DNA of 64,000 nt, from NCBI RefSeq assembly GCF_022045235.1, contig NW_027266264.1:68138001-68202000 (forward strand), read 5' to 3'. The notes beneath the pieces were generated by a model that was given only the letters and a program-made list of their open reading frames with translations, was not told the DNA's origin and did no database searches. Source of the DNA: Haliotis cracherodii (lineage: Eukaryota). The translations under genes were made by a program, and so were the position numbers. Below are positions 50,101-61,829 of this stretch, in pieces; positions within the stretch are counted from its first letter, which is position 1; every line of letters starts with the position of its first letter.

Positions 50101-51498
50101 TAACTAGTACAAGAAGCCACACATGCATGTACACCGCTATAGAAATACAAGAATATTGAACGCGACATTAAACGCCATTTTACCTAATTTTTGTCCTGTA
50201 TATTGTTATTCATTCTGTATGGTTACACATATAATTTCCAAAACGTCGAATAAAGTATCGATGGTAGTAATTATATTGTAACCTTTATAACGAGTTTTGT
50301 TTTCAAAACTGAGCAATGATTTACCTTAAAATATTGTTGTCAATATTCAGAGACATTTCCGGAAGCTCACTTTTCAGACAATTATCAGTAGCTACACTGT
50401 TATGACGTCACAATTGAAGTATATCATTGAAAGAGATGTGATCAAGGTTTACCATTAGTAAATAAAATCAACAATACAATTTCCATAACCATTACATTCA
50501 TCTGAGTCCATTGCACGACCATACCAAAAGCATGCGTATCGCACACTGGGAAGCCAATATGCCAAGGATGCCCACGAGTATCCAATTGGTTGTGATACTA
50601 ATTATATATCTATATGCGGTTTATAGCCATACAGGGGCAGCTGGGTATCATCGTGGTTAAAGCGTGGGCTTGTCACACCAAAGGCTTGGGCTCGATTCCC
50701 CACATGAGTACACTCACTCAACCACCCACCCAAACACACCCACTCATTTGCCAAAGCCTCACCCACTCACTCAGTGTACATGTGCACTCAGCTATATAAA
50801 TAATGTTCTTACTTGGGGGTAGGGTTGCCCTCTGCTTTGCATGTGAGACAGATGCTGTCCTTGGCGGCGATGTACCTGATTTGAGGCACCAGCGGATCTG
50901 TTATGCCGGGCGGTTTTCCTATTTCGGAAAAAAATAAATGTATGGAGTTGCGGTTCTTTGGCAGGCCAGAAACATATGATTATGGGTTCGAATCCCTGTT
51001 CGCCCTGATTATTTATCTCAGCACCAGTTTGTCAACACCATACCAGTGCTCGTGGGGTTCACCAAAGTGGTAAACGTCTGATCATGAGACCTGCATCACT
51101 TCGGTCTTTCCTCCCACATTAAGCTGACACGGGGTGATGTAACTGGAATACTGTTAAATGCCGAGGCCCTTTATCTATCACCATTTTACGGTTGAGTGAT
51201 TTCAACGTGGGGTGATACTCATGGCACAGATTCTTGGGTATGTTAACCAAACTCACATATTGACGAGTGTTCATACCTTTGATATCAGAAGTTACTCGGG
51301 TAAAATTCTAATTAAAAAATATGATTGTTAAGTCATATTCCGCTGTCATATTTCCCAGATATGCTTAGACACAAATGAAACTAGCTGCGACAGCAGGAAT
51401 ACGAGTTCTGGCATAACTGACTGTGTGTGAAACTCACCCTGAGACGCGACGCCGTGTAGCGAGGCCAGGGAACAGAACAGGATGAATATTGTCGACAT
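30641..51498 (-). CDS. Gene B: paralogue of gene A with identical exon structure, ~614 aa
   Basis: Exons 51438-51498, 50813-50918, 43811-44004, 43062-43250, 42432-42569, 41836-41932, 38890-39080, 38275-38427, 35708-35845, 34401-34715, 33592-33726, 32251-32335, 30641-30683. All are GT-AG with the same phases as A and sum to 1845 nt. Confidence 0.9.
30830..31660. repeat. 31/32-bp minisatellite x~26
   Basis: GGGATATTC(C)TACAGAAAGTCCCTCTTACCAA. Confidence 0.95.
32079..32149. repeat. (TG)n microsatellite
   Basis: Read directly from the sequence. Confidence 0.95.
32251..32335 (-). CDS. Gene B cytoplasmic exon 1
   Basis: IYKTELDVTYLDPDDDIQKGKFQEVTKIE; 82/85 nt identical to A. Confidence 0.88.
33592..33726 (-). 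CDS. Gene B transmembrane exon
   Basis: Nucleotide-identical to 8522-8656. Confidence 0.92.
34401..34715 (-). CDS. Gene B membrane-proximal cysteine-less Ig-like exon
   Basis: 315 nt, about 80% aa identity to the A exon at 9383-9697. Confidence 0.9.
35708..35845 (-). CDS. Gene B Ig4 C-half exon
   Basis: VLTVTQPTKPDDIMCFQCQITNDIGSVFSNGCLNVI; donor GTAAGT. Confidence 0.9.
36037..36240 (+). mobile_element. Family 3 copy
   Basis: cttcagcaacccatgcttgtcgtaag...gctggaatattgctgagtgcggcgttaaac. Confidence 0.85.
37836..37977. mobile_element. Same MITE family, internally deleted
   Basis: TA-CAGTAAACTACGGTT...AACCGTAGTTAACTG-TA. Confidence 0.85.
38275..38427 (-). CDS. Gene B Ig4 N-half exon
   Basis: GPIWEKAITNLTVPEGRDASFTCKA...PVWYKN. 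Confidence 0.9.
38890..39080 (-). CDS. Gene B Ig3 C-half exon
   Basis: PLPSIQWFN...LTEKDEGLYRCKGENTLG...IFLDVK. Confidence 0.9.
39220..39381. other. Assembly gap (N run) in an intron of gene B
   Basis: About 160 Ns. Confidence 0.99.
39800..40110 (-). mobile_element. Old SINE with CORE/Deu-like body
   Basis: The minus strand has tccttggacaaatggct and cctcagttcacccagcagtgaatgggtatccgg, resembling CORE and Deu cores. Confidence 0.5.
40423..40680 (-). mobile_element. SINE family 2 (tRNA head, Meta-domain-like body)
   Basis: B box GGTTCGATCCC; gtcataccaaaagacgttaaaagatggtacttgttg core. The Meta assignment is from recollection and is unverified. Confidence 0.85.
41412..41574 (-). mobile_element. 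SINE family 1, full length
   Basis: Matches consensus; imperfect TSD TCAAAGCA(T/A)ATGA. Confidence 0.9.
41836..41932 (-). CDS. Gene B Ig3 N-half exon
   Basis: VKPERKPRIQFKT...GQTAELECVFSGY; donor GTGAGT. Confidence 0.9.
42180..42390 (-). mobile_element. Family 3 copy, degenerate
   Basis: tcaaccaagtcaccgagcctgacc. Confidence 0.65.
42432..42569 (-). CDS. Gene B Ig2 C-half exon
   Basis: GTLHFIYVEPSD...YNCAIYN...LGNAKRLTV. Confidence 0.9.
42803..43093. repeat. 95-bp tandem repeat x3 spanning an exon end and donor site
   Basis: Period 95 (42872, 42967, 43062). Confidence 0.95.
43062..43250 (-). CDS. Gene B Ig2 N-half exon
   Basis: EGEYAKLECNNV...FSWF...SNRTYIDER. Confidence 0.88.
43811..44004 (-). 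CDS. Gene B Ig1 C-half exon
   Basis: YTWYRNG...GALEIPDFSGREAGDYRC...AMSPAISLKEI. Confidence 0.92.
44280..44655. mobile_element. PIF/Harbinger-like MITE
   Basis: Imperfect TIR CCATTACACC..ACGGCGA / TCGCCGT..GGTGTAATGG, flanked by TAA. Confidence 0.7.
46114..46478. mobile_element. Tc1-like MITE
   Basis: TIR TACTCTCCGCCAAAAGAAACGCGAA / TTCGCGTTTCTTTTGTCGGTGAGTA, TA TSD. Confidence 0.85.
48697..48930 (+). mobile_element. Family 3 copy
   Basis: Near-consensus with duplicated 5' hairpin. Confidence 0.88.
49530..49690 (+). mobile_element. SINE family 1, full length
   Basis: TSD TCCTACATTAT. Confidence 0.92.
49906..50068 (-). mobile_element. SINE family 1 nested in an old family-2 SINE
   Basis: TSD CCAACACTATAGA; the flanks at 49810-50183 resemble the family-2 body and tail. 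Confidence 0.9.
50813..50918 (-). CDS. Gene B Ig1 N-half exon
   Basis: KPPGITDP...ICLTCKAEGNPTP; donor GTAAG. Confidence 0.9.
50945..51160 (+). mobile_element. SINE family 4, 5'-truncated
   Basis: Reverse-complement match to 5620-5825. Confidence 0.8.
51438..51498 (-). CDS. Gene B signal-peptide exon (MSTIFILFCSLASLHGVASQ)
   Basis: Same 61-nt coding length as in A; donor GTGAGT; acceptor at 51538. Confidence 0.85.
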
Positions 51499-51849
51499 TG
51501 CGGCTCCAACACCGGAAAGGTCTGTGTCACATGTGGCCTGTCACACACACGTTTCCTGTAAAGAACACTGAATAATATACTAAATAAAAAAGTAAGGGCT
51601 CAGGACATATAAATGTTAATACCATATGTCTTGACAACAAATATCCTATGCACGAACGTTTATGTCTGTAAAACTTAACACCAAAACACATCCTACAGTT
51701 TTCACTTGTCTCACACAGTAGCGCCAGACACATGAATAAGGTGTCATTCCTGAGTTTTATGAAAGGTAATTTAATCTCTGTGGACCAATATTTCTGTCAA
51801 TCTTATTAATAATACAATTGTGATTACTTGATTTCATTTATTGTTTGTG

Positions 51850-52200
51850 TATGGATTAGCGATGCGGCGTCTGCAACGCGCGGAGCGCCTTCGGGCTATT
51901 GGCATGTTGAAAACTGTCTGAAGACAACGTGCAGTGGCCAATTTGTTTCACAGTCTGTGTTTAGCAGGTCAACGACACGAGTACAGGATAGATTGATCCG
52001 AAAGCAGGTTCTACACAATCGAGCTCAAACGGCGACTCAAATTGCTGCAAACTTCCATCCTTTCCCCTATTGAACACGTATGCTGAAGGAGTAGAACAGG
52101 CTCCCTCAGATAGCCATTGGGAGACTCAGGCAGAATGCCTCGTCGAGTGAATGCATGTTTGACCGCCGACCATCGTCCTTCAAGATCGTTGGGTCATAAC
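51850..52200 (+). mobile_element. Tc1 transposase N-terminal relic
   Basis: RSTTRVQDRLIRKQVLHNRAQTATQIA. Confidence 0.55.
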
Positions 52201-52515
52201 TTTATACTTCACTACCAGTTATAATGTGTTCCCAATTCGTTCATTATTATCATACAACTATTACTAGAAAGTAATATCTCTTACAATTTTGGACGTTTTA
52301 AGTTATTTCCTGTTAATTACCTAAACACGAAGCAAATGGAATGTAAACCTTGAGAGAAAAGCGAAATTAAGCATACTTGTCCATATAAACGAAATACATT
52401 CTATCAGACAAAATGGCATCACAAACGATTTATACCATGGGGTGAACATGCCAGTAAACCATGCCTGTCGGTTATATACGTATCAGAATACGGGGATATT
52501 TTAAGAGGCACGTAC

Positions 52516-52560
52516 CTGTATGTACTGATTGGTTCTATGCCAGATATTCTCCACTACTTG
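52516..52560 (-). other. Probable non-coding first exon of gene B (5' limit uncertain)
   Basis: CAG|GTACG donor; acctgtatgtactgattggttctatg aligns with acctgtatagacagatgggttctagg at 24765. Confidence 0.5.
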
Positions 52561-53329
52561 CAGTAGTTGGTGTGTAGTTCTGATCAACTGTGGGTCCATG
52601 TAAGAGTCCCTGTTAGACTGGGGAAGCGTGGCCACATCTGCGCAGACCAGAGGGGTGATCCCGGAATATAAAAGTCGACGAACCAGGGCAGTGCATTTTA
52701 GTTTGAAACTTTTCCTGCTCATATTTATGAAAGCGAGCGTGTAGGTTGAAGACGGGCTTGTGGGACAAAGTTGGCGAGATATACCTACGGAAGTTTCAAC
52801 TTTGTCAGAACTAAAATAGAGCTTATGCAATAAGCAAGCATACTACATATATACAATGTGTTTTTACTAATTCCTGCGTCTTCAAATTTAAATAGCTAAA
52901 ACCTTTGTTTGAATTTTAATCTCCCTCATGTTACATATATACAATATACTCACGACTACCAAATATCGTTATTTATGGCATTATTATTGAGTCTTGGCTT
53001 ACGATTTTCAAACTCACTTCTGAACTGAATGGTTTGTTCAAACGACGTCATAAACTGTGCAAAACCATTTTGTGACACTTTATCGACAAACAATAATATG
53101 TAGACTATATTTTCACGTAACTGTGTGACATTGAATAATTCCGATACACGAAATTTACGAGTATATACATGTAAGCTGTTTCATCCGCGATATTCATCAC
53201 ATTTCGGAAATGTCTCCAGTGTTTTGAATGATGAGTCATGTGTCGGAAATTACTCACTTCCGAATAAATATATATATATATCTCAAATTAAGAAATACAA
53301 GTGACAAAAAACATGTCTCCATTGTCCAC

Positions 53330-53545
53330 TGTTCGATTGCGTCTATATCATTACAAGCATGAGTTTATGAATCACTATCAATTAATGACCTTACCAGGTG
53401 TTCGAGAAAACAACAGCGTATCCTGCCCCGCCGGTTGCACCCAACACGAACACATGCAGACGCAAGTCAAGTGTTCACCTCAACACGGGGTCAATATGTT
53501 ATGGCACAAGTCAAAATAATAATTTGCCTCAGACATCATTCTTGT
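53330..53545 (-). mobile_element. 3' terminal repeat of the same Penelope-like family
   Basis: tttatgaatcactatcaa...accaggtgttcg...cgtatcctgccccgccggttgcacc. Confidence 0.7.
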
Positions 53546-54046
53546 CTTTCTGACCGATTGGTTTCGTCACGGACATTTTGAATATTGGAAGAATCGCTAA
53601 TTAACTAATGATCATGACATACATGTAAATACATTTCCTGACAATATTATCTGAAAATGTCTGCCGTTCTGCCTTTAGAAAACATATCGAATACTACTAT
53701 TTGCAACTTTTACAGCATAAACAGAATATTAAACAACTACCTATTAGACAAATTGCGGGGACTTTGAACATACGTAACATCAATGACATGTTAGCCAGTT
53801 TGAGGCACAAATGTAATATGATCATCTTTCCCCAATAATTGCATTACTCGACTGGAGAAGGTTCAGCTGACTTGAAGACATGACATGCTTTGACAAGTAT
53901 TTGCCCTGGGATATCTCACCTGAATGTAAAGAGTTACTTTTCCAGCATCGCCAAACATGCTGTGTAGTTGGGAACAACAAAGGTTAGACTTACTAGTTTC
54001 CTAGAAATAAGCTATACATGTATCTGTCAGACGTTCTGCTTACAGA

Positions 54047-54162
54047 ATGAGTTTGGTTTTACACCAGGTTTAGGCGGAGCATACCATAAAATGGGCTTTA
54101 CACATTGTATCCATGTTTGGAATTAAACTTGGGTCTAACCACAAGGCTACACAATCGTCCCT
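54047..54162 (-). mobile_element. SINE family 1, degenerate
   Basis: aaatgggctttacacattgtatccatg...aaccacaaggctac. Confidence 0.65.
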
Positions 54163-54219
54163 CTGTATACTCATGGACCAATGCATGCTTGGGACATCAA
54201 CACCAACAATACCTTATAA

Positions 54220-54892
54220 AAATGTCAGAAGCTATTGGCCTGCTACAGAATGGTAGATCTCATTGAGAAGTAGCCAATATGTTCGATGGGTCTCCGTCTG
54301 TGATTTTCAGATTTGGTTTCTGGTTTCTGCAGACACAAAATGTTAATGATCGGTCTCGCACGTTTTGTCTTTCAAGACGATAACGCTCGTGTCCATCTTG
54401 CACGTATAGTACCTGACTACCTCCCGCAGCAAAACATCACCAACGGCCAACCATGAGTCCCCACCGTTCCCCAGCAGAGCACATCAAGCCCATGATCGGG
54501 AGACGTGTACCCAACCGTCAGAGGCTACCCGCTCCATGAGGCGAACTGGGCCAGGCGCAGCAAAAGGAGTGGACAAGACTCCCTCAAATTGTCATTGGGA
54601 GATTGATTCAGACCATGCCACGCCAAATAAATGAATGTTTAACCTATCGTGGGAGCATGGTCCATTACTTATTAAGCCACCTCAAACGTTCATTTTTTAT
54701 TATACACACCTGTCGTCCATTTTGTTTGTTTGTTTGTACTCTTACAAAAGACAGCCAACATGTTCTATTGATTGTCATGTTACACCAATTATTACTTCTT
54801 TTTCTTTCTTATCCAACCATTACCATCACACTTTACCTCTTTGTATGTCTGTAATCATTTGTGATTTTCGAATACTTTTCCTTGATAGTATA
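54220..54892 (+). mobile_element. Tc1 transposase relic
   Basis: VFQDDNARVH; EWTRLPQ..IGRLIQTMPR; TA-ending terminus. Confidence 0.75.
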
Positions 54893-55445
54893 TGTCATTT
54901 TTTAGAATTATTATCATGAAATATATTTATTCAGAATTAATTGGTTTCGATTTGCCTCGCTCTCGAGGAAGGTGACGCTGCTGTGTTGAGCTCGGGAAAT
55001 TACACAGCTGACATGCTTAACCAATACGGAAATAAGTCATGTTTCCAATACAATGTCGACGCTTTCATCTTCCCCAAAACAGACATAAATTGTCATAAAT
55101 TGCATCTGCATACTGTAGAATGTAGTTAATGTTTATTATGAAAACATACAATTCTACCACATGCCAGATTCTGAAATACAAAACCACGATATTCATAAAT
55201 ATAAATCACTTTTGAATGAAAACCCCCCAGCAGATAACATTTGATATGTCACATGCTTACATGTTAGAGATGCTTCAATTCGACTCGACGCGATTCGACA
55301 CATTTTCAGTCCAAACCATGATCCCTTCTACATGTATCTATAGAGTGAAGCACCGTGAGTATGGACACCGTCCATCCTGACACACTGTTTTACTCTTTGG
55401 AGCGTCTTTATATAATTAATTGAATATTGTAACATACCATGACTT

Positions 55446-55769
55446 GTCCGAGAGCGGAAGGTCCGGGGTTCGACACCTGGCCGCGTCATACCAAAAGACG
55501 TTAAAAGATGGTACTTGTTGTTACCCTGTCTGGCGCTCGGCATTAAGGGGCTAAAACAAGGACTGGTCGGCTCGGAGTCAGTATACTGTGTCTGAGTGGG
55601 GTATCTATGTTAAACTGCGGCATGGTATCTCAGTGTGCTAGCACTATAAATCGGCATCAGTCCGGACTAGTACAAGCAGCCACACACATACATAAACGTG
55701 CATGCACGTCGCTATATAAGTGCAATAATCTTGGACGCGACATTAAACTCCATTTCACCTCACCTCACC
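55446..55769 (+). mobile_element. SINE family 2, near full length
   Basis: GGTTCGACACC B box, core, (CACCT)n tail. Confidence 0.88.
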
Positions 55770-56137
55770 ATGACTTGTCCATTCGGAAATGTGTTAATCT
55801 GGACGATCCATGGTGGACGGTGTTTGTACTAATGAGGTTGTTTCGATGTGTGAAGCATGTCAACTGAACCATCCCCAACATTATGTCGGGAAGAGTTTTG
55901 ACATGTGTGTTTTGCTCCATAGCACGCTTGTTTAATACAATGTCTGTCAGCAAGATATGTATCTTCCTGTGTATACACAGAGCTAGTGTATGTCTCCGTT
56001 ATGTTCTCCCTCAGAGTCTGTATACAGACCATGTATCAATGATGTTCTATAACTGCCCATCCATACACAGTGTCACTTTTAGTCCATTGAGAATATATTT
56101 GTCTGTCCTTCCGAAAGGTTTGGTTTGGTTTGGTGTA

Positions 56138-56372
56138 TTTGTTGTTTTACACCGCACTCAGCAATATTCCAGCTGTATGACGACGGTCTGTAAATAATCT
56201 AGTATGGACCAGACAATCCAGTGAATGATATCATGAGCATCGACCCACGCATTTGGAATCGATGACATGTTTCAACCAAGTCGGCGAGCCTGACCACCCG
56301 ATCCCGTTAGTCATCTCTTACGACAAGCATATTCGCCTTTTACGGCAAGCATGGGTTGCTGAAGACCTATAT
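56138..56372 (-). mobile_element. Family 3 copy
   Basis: Near-consensus reverse complement. Confidence 0.88.
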
Positions 56373-56904
56373 TAGGGTGTAAAGTGAGACATGTCTAGCC
56401 ACATATATCGGACATGATATACATAGCCGAACAATGAGACACGACTAGCCACATGTATTGGACAAGATATACGCGTATAGACGCGTGAATCTGAATATAC
56501 CTTACGTGACCGCTGAACTTGAACAATCGGCATATATGGGTCTATTGTACCGCATTTAATGAACACAATTGCACACTGAGACACGTGAAACCTTATATAA
56601 CATGTATATAATTAAAAATGAACAATGAGACATATGTGAACTTATACTACCCATAAGACTGTATGATACGCCAAGACGAATATTGATATAACTATAACAG
56701 CCAATATACCTAAATATAGTTGACAATAAGTCGGAAATGGGCCTATCGTATGCCCTTCACTTTATTGAACGCTGATACATTCATAGTAAAATGGACCGTA
56801 AATGTTACACACACTTTAACAGAGACCTATGGGAGCTAGAAAACCAATGTTTCCATCTTCAGGCGAATAATTACCATAACACACCGGGTCGATGAGGTCT
56901 AGAG

Positions 56905-57072
56905 GTAAAAGTGTTCGCTCATCACGCTGAAGACCTGAGTTTTATTCCCCGCATGAGTACAATTTGCGGAGCCTATTTCTGATGTTCCCCCGCCGTGATA
57001 TTGCTAGAATATTGCAAAAACCCCAAACCAACAACAAAAAACAAAGCAACGTCAAACCATAGTCACTCACTC
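56905..57072 (+). mobile_element. SINE family 1, degenerate
   Basis: gttcgctcatcacgctgaagacc...ccgccgtgatattgctagaatattgc. Confidence 0.75.
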
Positions 57073-57179
57073 AAAGAGTTCTTCGTGAGATTTGCTCTTT
57101 CATGGTTGGTCCGGACATAGCTGCTCATGTGACTGTCGGTAAGAGATTCACCATGCTGCACTCTACATGTTTAATGTGT

Positions 57180-57720
57180 CATAGGGGGTAATCCCACAAT
57201 ATTAACTTCAGGACATCCTCATGCTGTAATGCGGCGGAGCATACTGCCTGTCAAGGAAGTTAGAAAGCCATGAGTCATACTGTCCCAATATGTCACCACC
57301 TCTGCTTTTATGTCACATATATTTTTTAGATTATTTTTTATTGATATTGTCCTTCATGATTCCCCAATTATTTTCAATTGGGTTCAGGCCCGGACTGTAG
57401 CTGGGCCATTCCAGGTGTGTAACATCCTAAGAATGCTTCGCTCTATGTTTTGGATCATTGTCCTGCTGGAATACCAACCCGTCACCATACAAAACGTGTG
57501 TGCTGTTAGAAGCAGATGTCCTTGTGGAATGTCTGTGTACACTGCACAAGTCATGTTACCATCAAATACACATATTGGTGTGGCACCCAGCACAGACACT
57601 CCACCCCAAACATGAAATTTACGAATATTCATTGGACGCTGGTAACTTGTTTTTTTCTACACCTTGTCCGCATTTTTATGCAGTTTGGATATAGCCACAC
57701 TGATCTTTTATCTAAGAACA
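57180..57720 (-). mobile_element. Tc1 transposase relic
   Basis: KFHVWGGVS..G, QQDNDPKH, WPSYSP.LNPIENNW. Confidence 0.8.
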
Positions 57721-58714
57721 TAACATTGTCCAAAGTCTATGCTCCAGACTCGGTTCTTGGTGTGCAGGTTTTAGGAGTTGTGATGGAATTTCCGCGATTT
57801 CCGCAAAATGCATTCTTATTGTCACTTTAGAAACGTGAACTGTTCCTCTAGTAATCATAACATGCCTAATACTTGCTATGCTCATAAGTCTTCAGACGCC
57901 AATATACTAAGTCACCTCCTGTAATCAGCAGTCAATTTCTTTGTGCTCAATTCTATTTCTACTCGCAATATTTTTCTAAACACGGCACACAGTTGATAGT
58001 GGAATGTTTGTCCTCAATGTAATGACCTGTGAGATCTGATTCCTTGATTGTATAGTTCAGAAATAATCAATTTTTTTTCAAAGCTGCCATTACATTTTCC
58101 ACAGTGGTCTTGTGTGACGTCTGCTAGCTTGTTTACCATGGGCGACTGGTCATACTTTACAAATATGACACGAGGAGTTGTCTCCCTTGAATCAAAGTTA
58201 GAATAAGTTCTACATACACCGCTGATATGGTTATTATTGATGGTCAAAATGGTTTAAAAAATCTCAATGCATTCTGGTCAAACTGTATTTAAAACATCTC
58301 TTGGTGTTAATTGAATACTTCAACATCCACATCCACGTGTTACACTTTACTTATGTACGATAACTAATTAGAATACATACATGAAGTACCATAGCTATAG
58401 GTCTCATCAAAAATATGTATTCGTCTCAAAGACTTTATGGTGTAAAGACATAAATCTTTACATCACAAATGTGCATTACTTTAAATAATGAAATACACAT
58501 ATTCATCCAGTTACTCGTCTGTCTACTGCGAACATATTTCTAAACACATATCATAAGCAGAAAGAAATATTTGACTTTTCAAATGATTCAATCGTTGATA
58601 CTCTGTTGTTAGGTTTCGTTGATTCATCCCCATATGTTATGATGTTTAGGTAAAGACTATGTACTATCATGTGTCAAATTTGTTTCTGTCAAGGGAGCTA
58701 GGTAACTAGGCATC

Positions 58715-58925
58715 AGGGCGACTATGCTTGTCGTAAGAGGCGACTAACAGGATCTGGTGGTCAGGCTCGCTGACTTGGTTGATGCATGTCATCATATCCC
58801 AAATGCGTGGATCGATGCTCGTGATGTCAATCAATGGAATATCTTGGTCAGACTAGATTAGTTACAGACCGCCGTCATATAACTGGAATATTGCTGAGTG
58901 CGGCGGTAAACAACAAACAAACAAA
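58715..58925 (+). mobile_element. Family 3 copy
   Basis: Near-consensus. Confidence 0.88.
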
Positions 58926-60777
58926 TAAAAGGTAGGACCACTGATTCCACCTTCTATTCACAACATACAATGAGGCCGTATCATACGTTGCCTCTGCGAA
59001 ATGCAATTACCTGTATGCGTTATACCCAGGTAACATAGGAAAGATGTCCTGATATTTTGATGATTGTCATTCAAACAATGTTCTGAAGAACAATGAAGTG
59101 AACAAAATAAAACGAGTATGCTAGTACTTGTTTTTTCAGATTTGATTTGTGGGAGGATTGGCCTTCTTATTCCAAGAAAGATATTTATTAATCTCTACCT
59201 TTAGAATAGAGAGCTGAAACAGTTTGTGAAGAAAACGGATTTTTGTGACCACACCAGCCATTTATACAACTGATACTTTCCAAACGGAATTTGCATTAAG
59301 CAGTTTGTACACATCGTATAACTCATCGCCCTGAGCACCTGTATACACCATCACAATGCAAACTGAATTCTCTGTAAGAGTTTTCATACATGAAACCATG
59401 ATATATACACCTTTAAAACGAAAAGCACCACCGACCTTATGGCCAAATATTCCGAACATCCACATATTGATATACAATATAGATAACTGGTGACAGCTGA
59501 GCATTTAAATATGAGTACATGTATGTCACTTTGAAATGGGGGTAATTATCTCAGATGGATATTATGGGATCAGAGAGGATCTCCTCGACATCTTCCTTCT
59601 TAAGGCCACTGCAGATATGTATCACAAAATACACAAGTTCATGTTTTTGGTACCATTGAAGAAATAACTCAGAGTAAAATATAATGTTCAGAAGAAAGAA
59701 GTGGACGTTAAACTTATAATATATTTCAGGGTGAACAAGTCATCTGACGCTTAGGGGAGAGACGTGAAGCGACGACCTGGCGCGTGATATGGCGTCGCAG
59801 TGTAACAAACATGGTGAAAGAAAAGCGACAGTGGTCGTTTTGTTTGACTGCAGTACGTTGCTAAATGCCATACAGTGAGCAATTGGTGTTTACGTGGTTA
59901 TGAAACTCTGCTAGCCATAATTCCAAGGGCACCAACGCCCGCCTCGGACAACTTTTATTTAGTGGTTTGAATATGTTTGGGATAAGCCTGCGGCATGAGA
60001 TATGATTGACACACCGTAATGTGACAGAAATACTGTAAAATCCAACTCACTCACTCACCCAGAACACTAGGAGAAGTTATATCTTTTCTTTGGTTGGCGC
60101 AGTAGGCTCTTGACAAATGCGTTGCTTATCCGATTCATGAATGACGTTATCACTATGATGCAGTGACAGAAGGCAAATTGTATTTTAGTATTTTGGGTTG
60201 TAAATAGTTTATACCATACCACATGCATATAGATGCACATAACGACTACCCCCTGCATTTAAATCATAATGTAATTGCAACATATATTGCATAAAAGCTA
60301 AAGTATTTAGCCGCAGTCATCACCTGAAGGTAAGAATTTAAAATATCAATGCAAGAGAATAACCAGCATAACCATGCTATACCATGTGATGAATAATAGG
60401 TCCAGGCTAAAGGTATCAGCTGCTTCGCCTACTAAAGTGTAAAACTGATTAATGAACAATGTTTAACAATTGTTAATTCTAATTGTTTATTCCAAAGTAG
60501 TGCTAATGATAAATGCACTCCAATACTTACCATTTTTACGACCATAATATTTCATACTCATCGTATATGCTGTGTAATTAGGGATATTTTCTATATATTC
60601 AGGGCATTGTATAGGCAAATGTAACAGTCGCAGAACAAAACAAATTAATGCATAGAGTAATGCACTCATGTCTTTAATAAACATTTGAAGCGACACCACT
60701 CTGGTAGAAGTTGATATTGGTCATAAATGGTTTGACCTTTTGGGACGTAGTCCACAGTAAGATGTCTTTGGAATTCC

Positions 60778-60945
60778 GGGGCGGTCGGGTAGCCTAGTGG
60801 TTAAAGCGTTCGCTCGTCAAACCGAAGACCCGGGTTCGATTCCCAACATGGGTACAATGTGTGACACCCATTTCTGGTGTCCCCCGCCGTGACATTGCTG
60901 GAATATTGCTAAAAGTGGCGTAAAACCATATTCACTCACTCACTC
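60778..60945 (+). mobile_element. SINE family 1, full length
   Basis: ggggcggtcgggtagcctagtggttaaagcg...cactcactc. Confidence 0.92.
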
Positions 60946-61829
60946 TTAATGTAAAGTCATTGTCTACATTACAGCTGCTCAATTCATGATCTCACAAAGT
61001 ACACGGTAGCACACAACTTCGTATTACTCACAAAGCTAGTATTAATGTTACCCGTCTGTGGAATCAAAACTTAATCATACTGTGCTTCGCCACAGCCGAC
61101 CTTGTGGGAGTTGTACTTCCGACCAAAGTAACATAGTCATATCTTTGGACTGCAGACCGTCTCTCGTTGATAGATTATTGTGATAAAACAAGACGGACTT
61201 ACTCCGGATACAACGATGTACTTGGACTGTTCGTTATATCCGTTTCTCTTCGTGTACGATAATGATAAATACCGATAATGGAAGGCACAGTTAGGTTCGT
61301 GAATCATTCTTTTACTGCACGGGATTTCATGTTCGTCGGAAGTTGGTGTATTGTCAGATGACCCACAGGGCATGGTTGACCTAGGGGTCTAAGGTGCTGA
61401 AACTCGCTATTGTTCATCAACAATACCTAGTCACATTGAATGCGTATATGCTGCCTGTACATGTACTTTGTTGTTGTTGTTTATTCAGCAAGGTTAGGCC
61501 ATCGGTCCATGCCACAGCAGTTGCACAGCAGCTATTATTATAATTGAAATTTACATCTGCAGTTTTGTCTTCAATTGCATAGACTTAGAAATATACATAG
61601 CCAAATTTCCTATGATATTACATTTATCACTTGGCATCAAGACATTGAATTTTTGTAATGTGGGAAATTCACAGTAGTTTCTTGGAATCTACTGTTCACG
61701 CAGTTCGTCATACACCGTGCCTACAAACAACATATGATACTCATCCTGAACGAAACCTTTTACTTAATACATCATTAATAAAAGCGACAAAAATCTTTCC
61801 ATATTCATTGTCAATTTCTGTATTTTGTC

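Noticed and set aside
59011-59082. Alternative signal-peptide exon for gene B
   Set aside because: It is AG/GT bounded but has no in-frame Met and is poorly hydrophobic; a much better exon exists at 51438-51498.
60778-60855. tRNA-Asp gene (and other tRNA-like heads)
   Set aside because: The acceptor stem is not formed, and it continues into a SINE body and tail present in many copies with TSDs.
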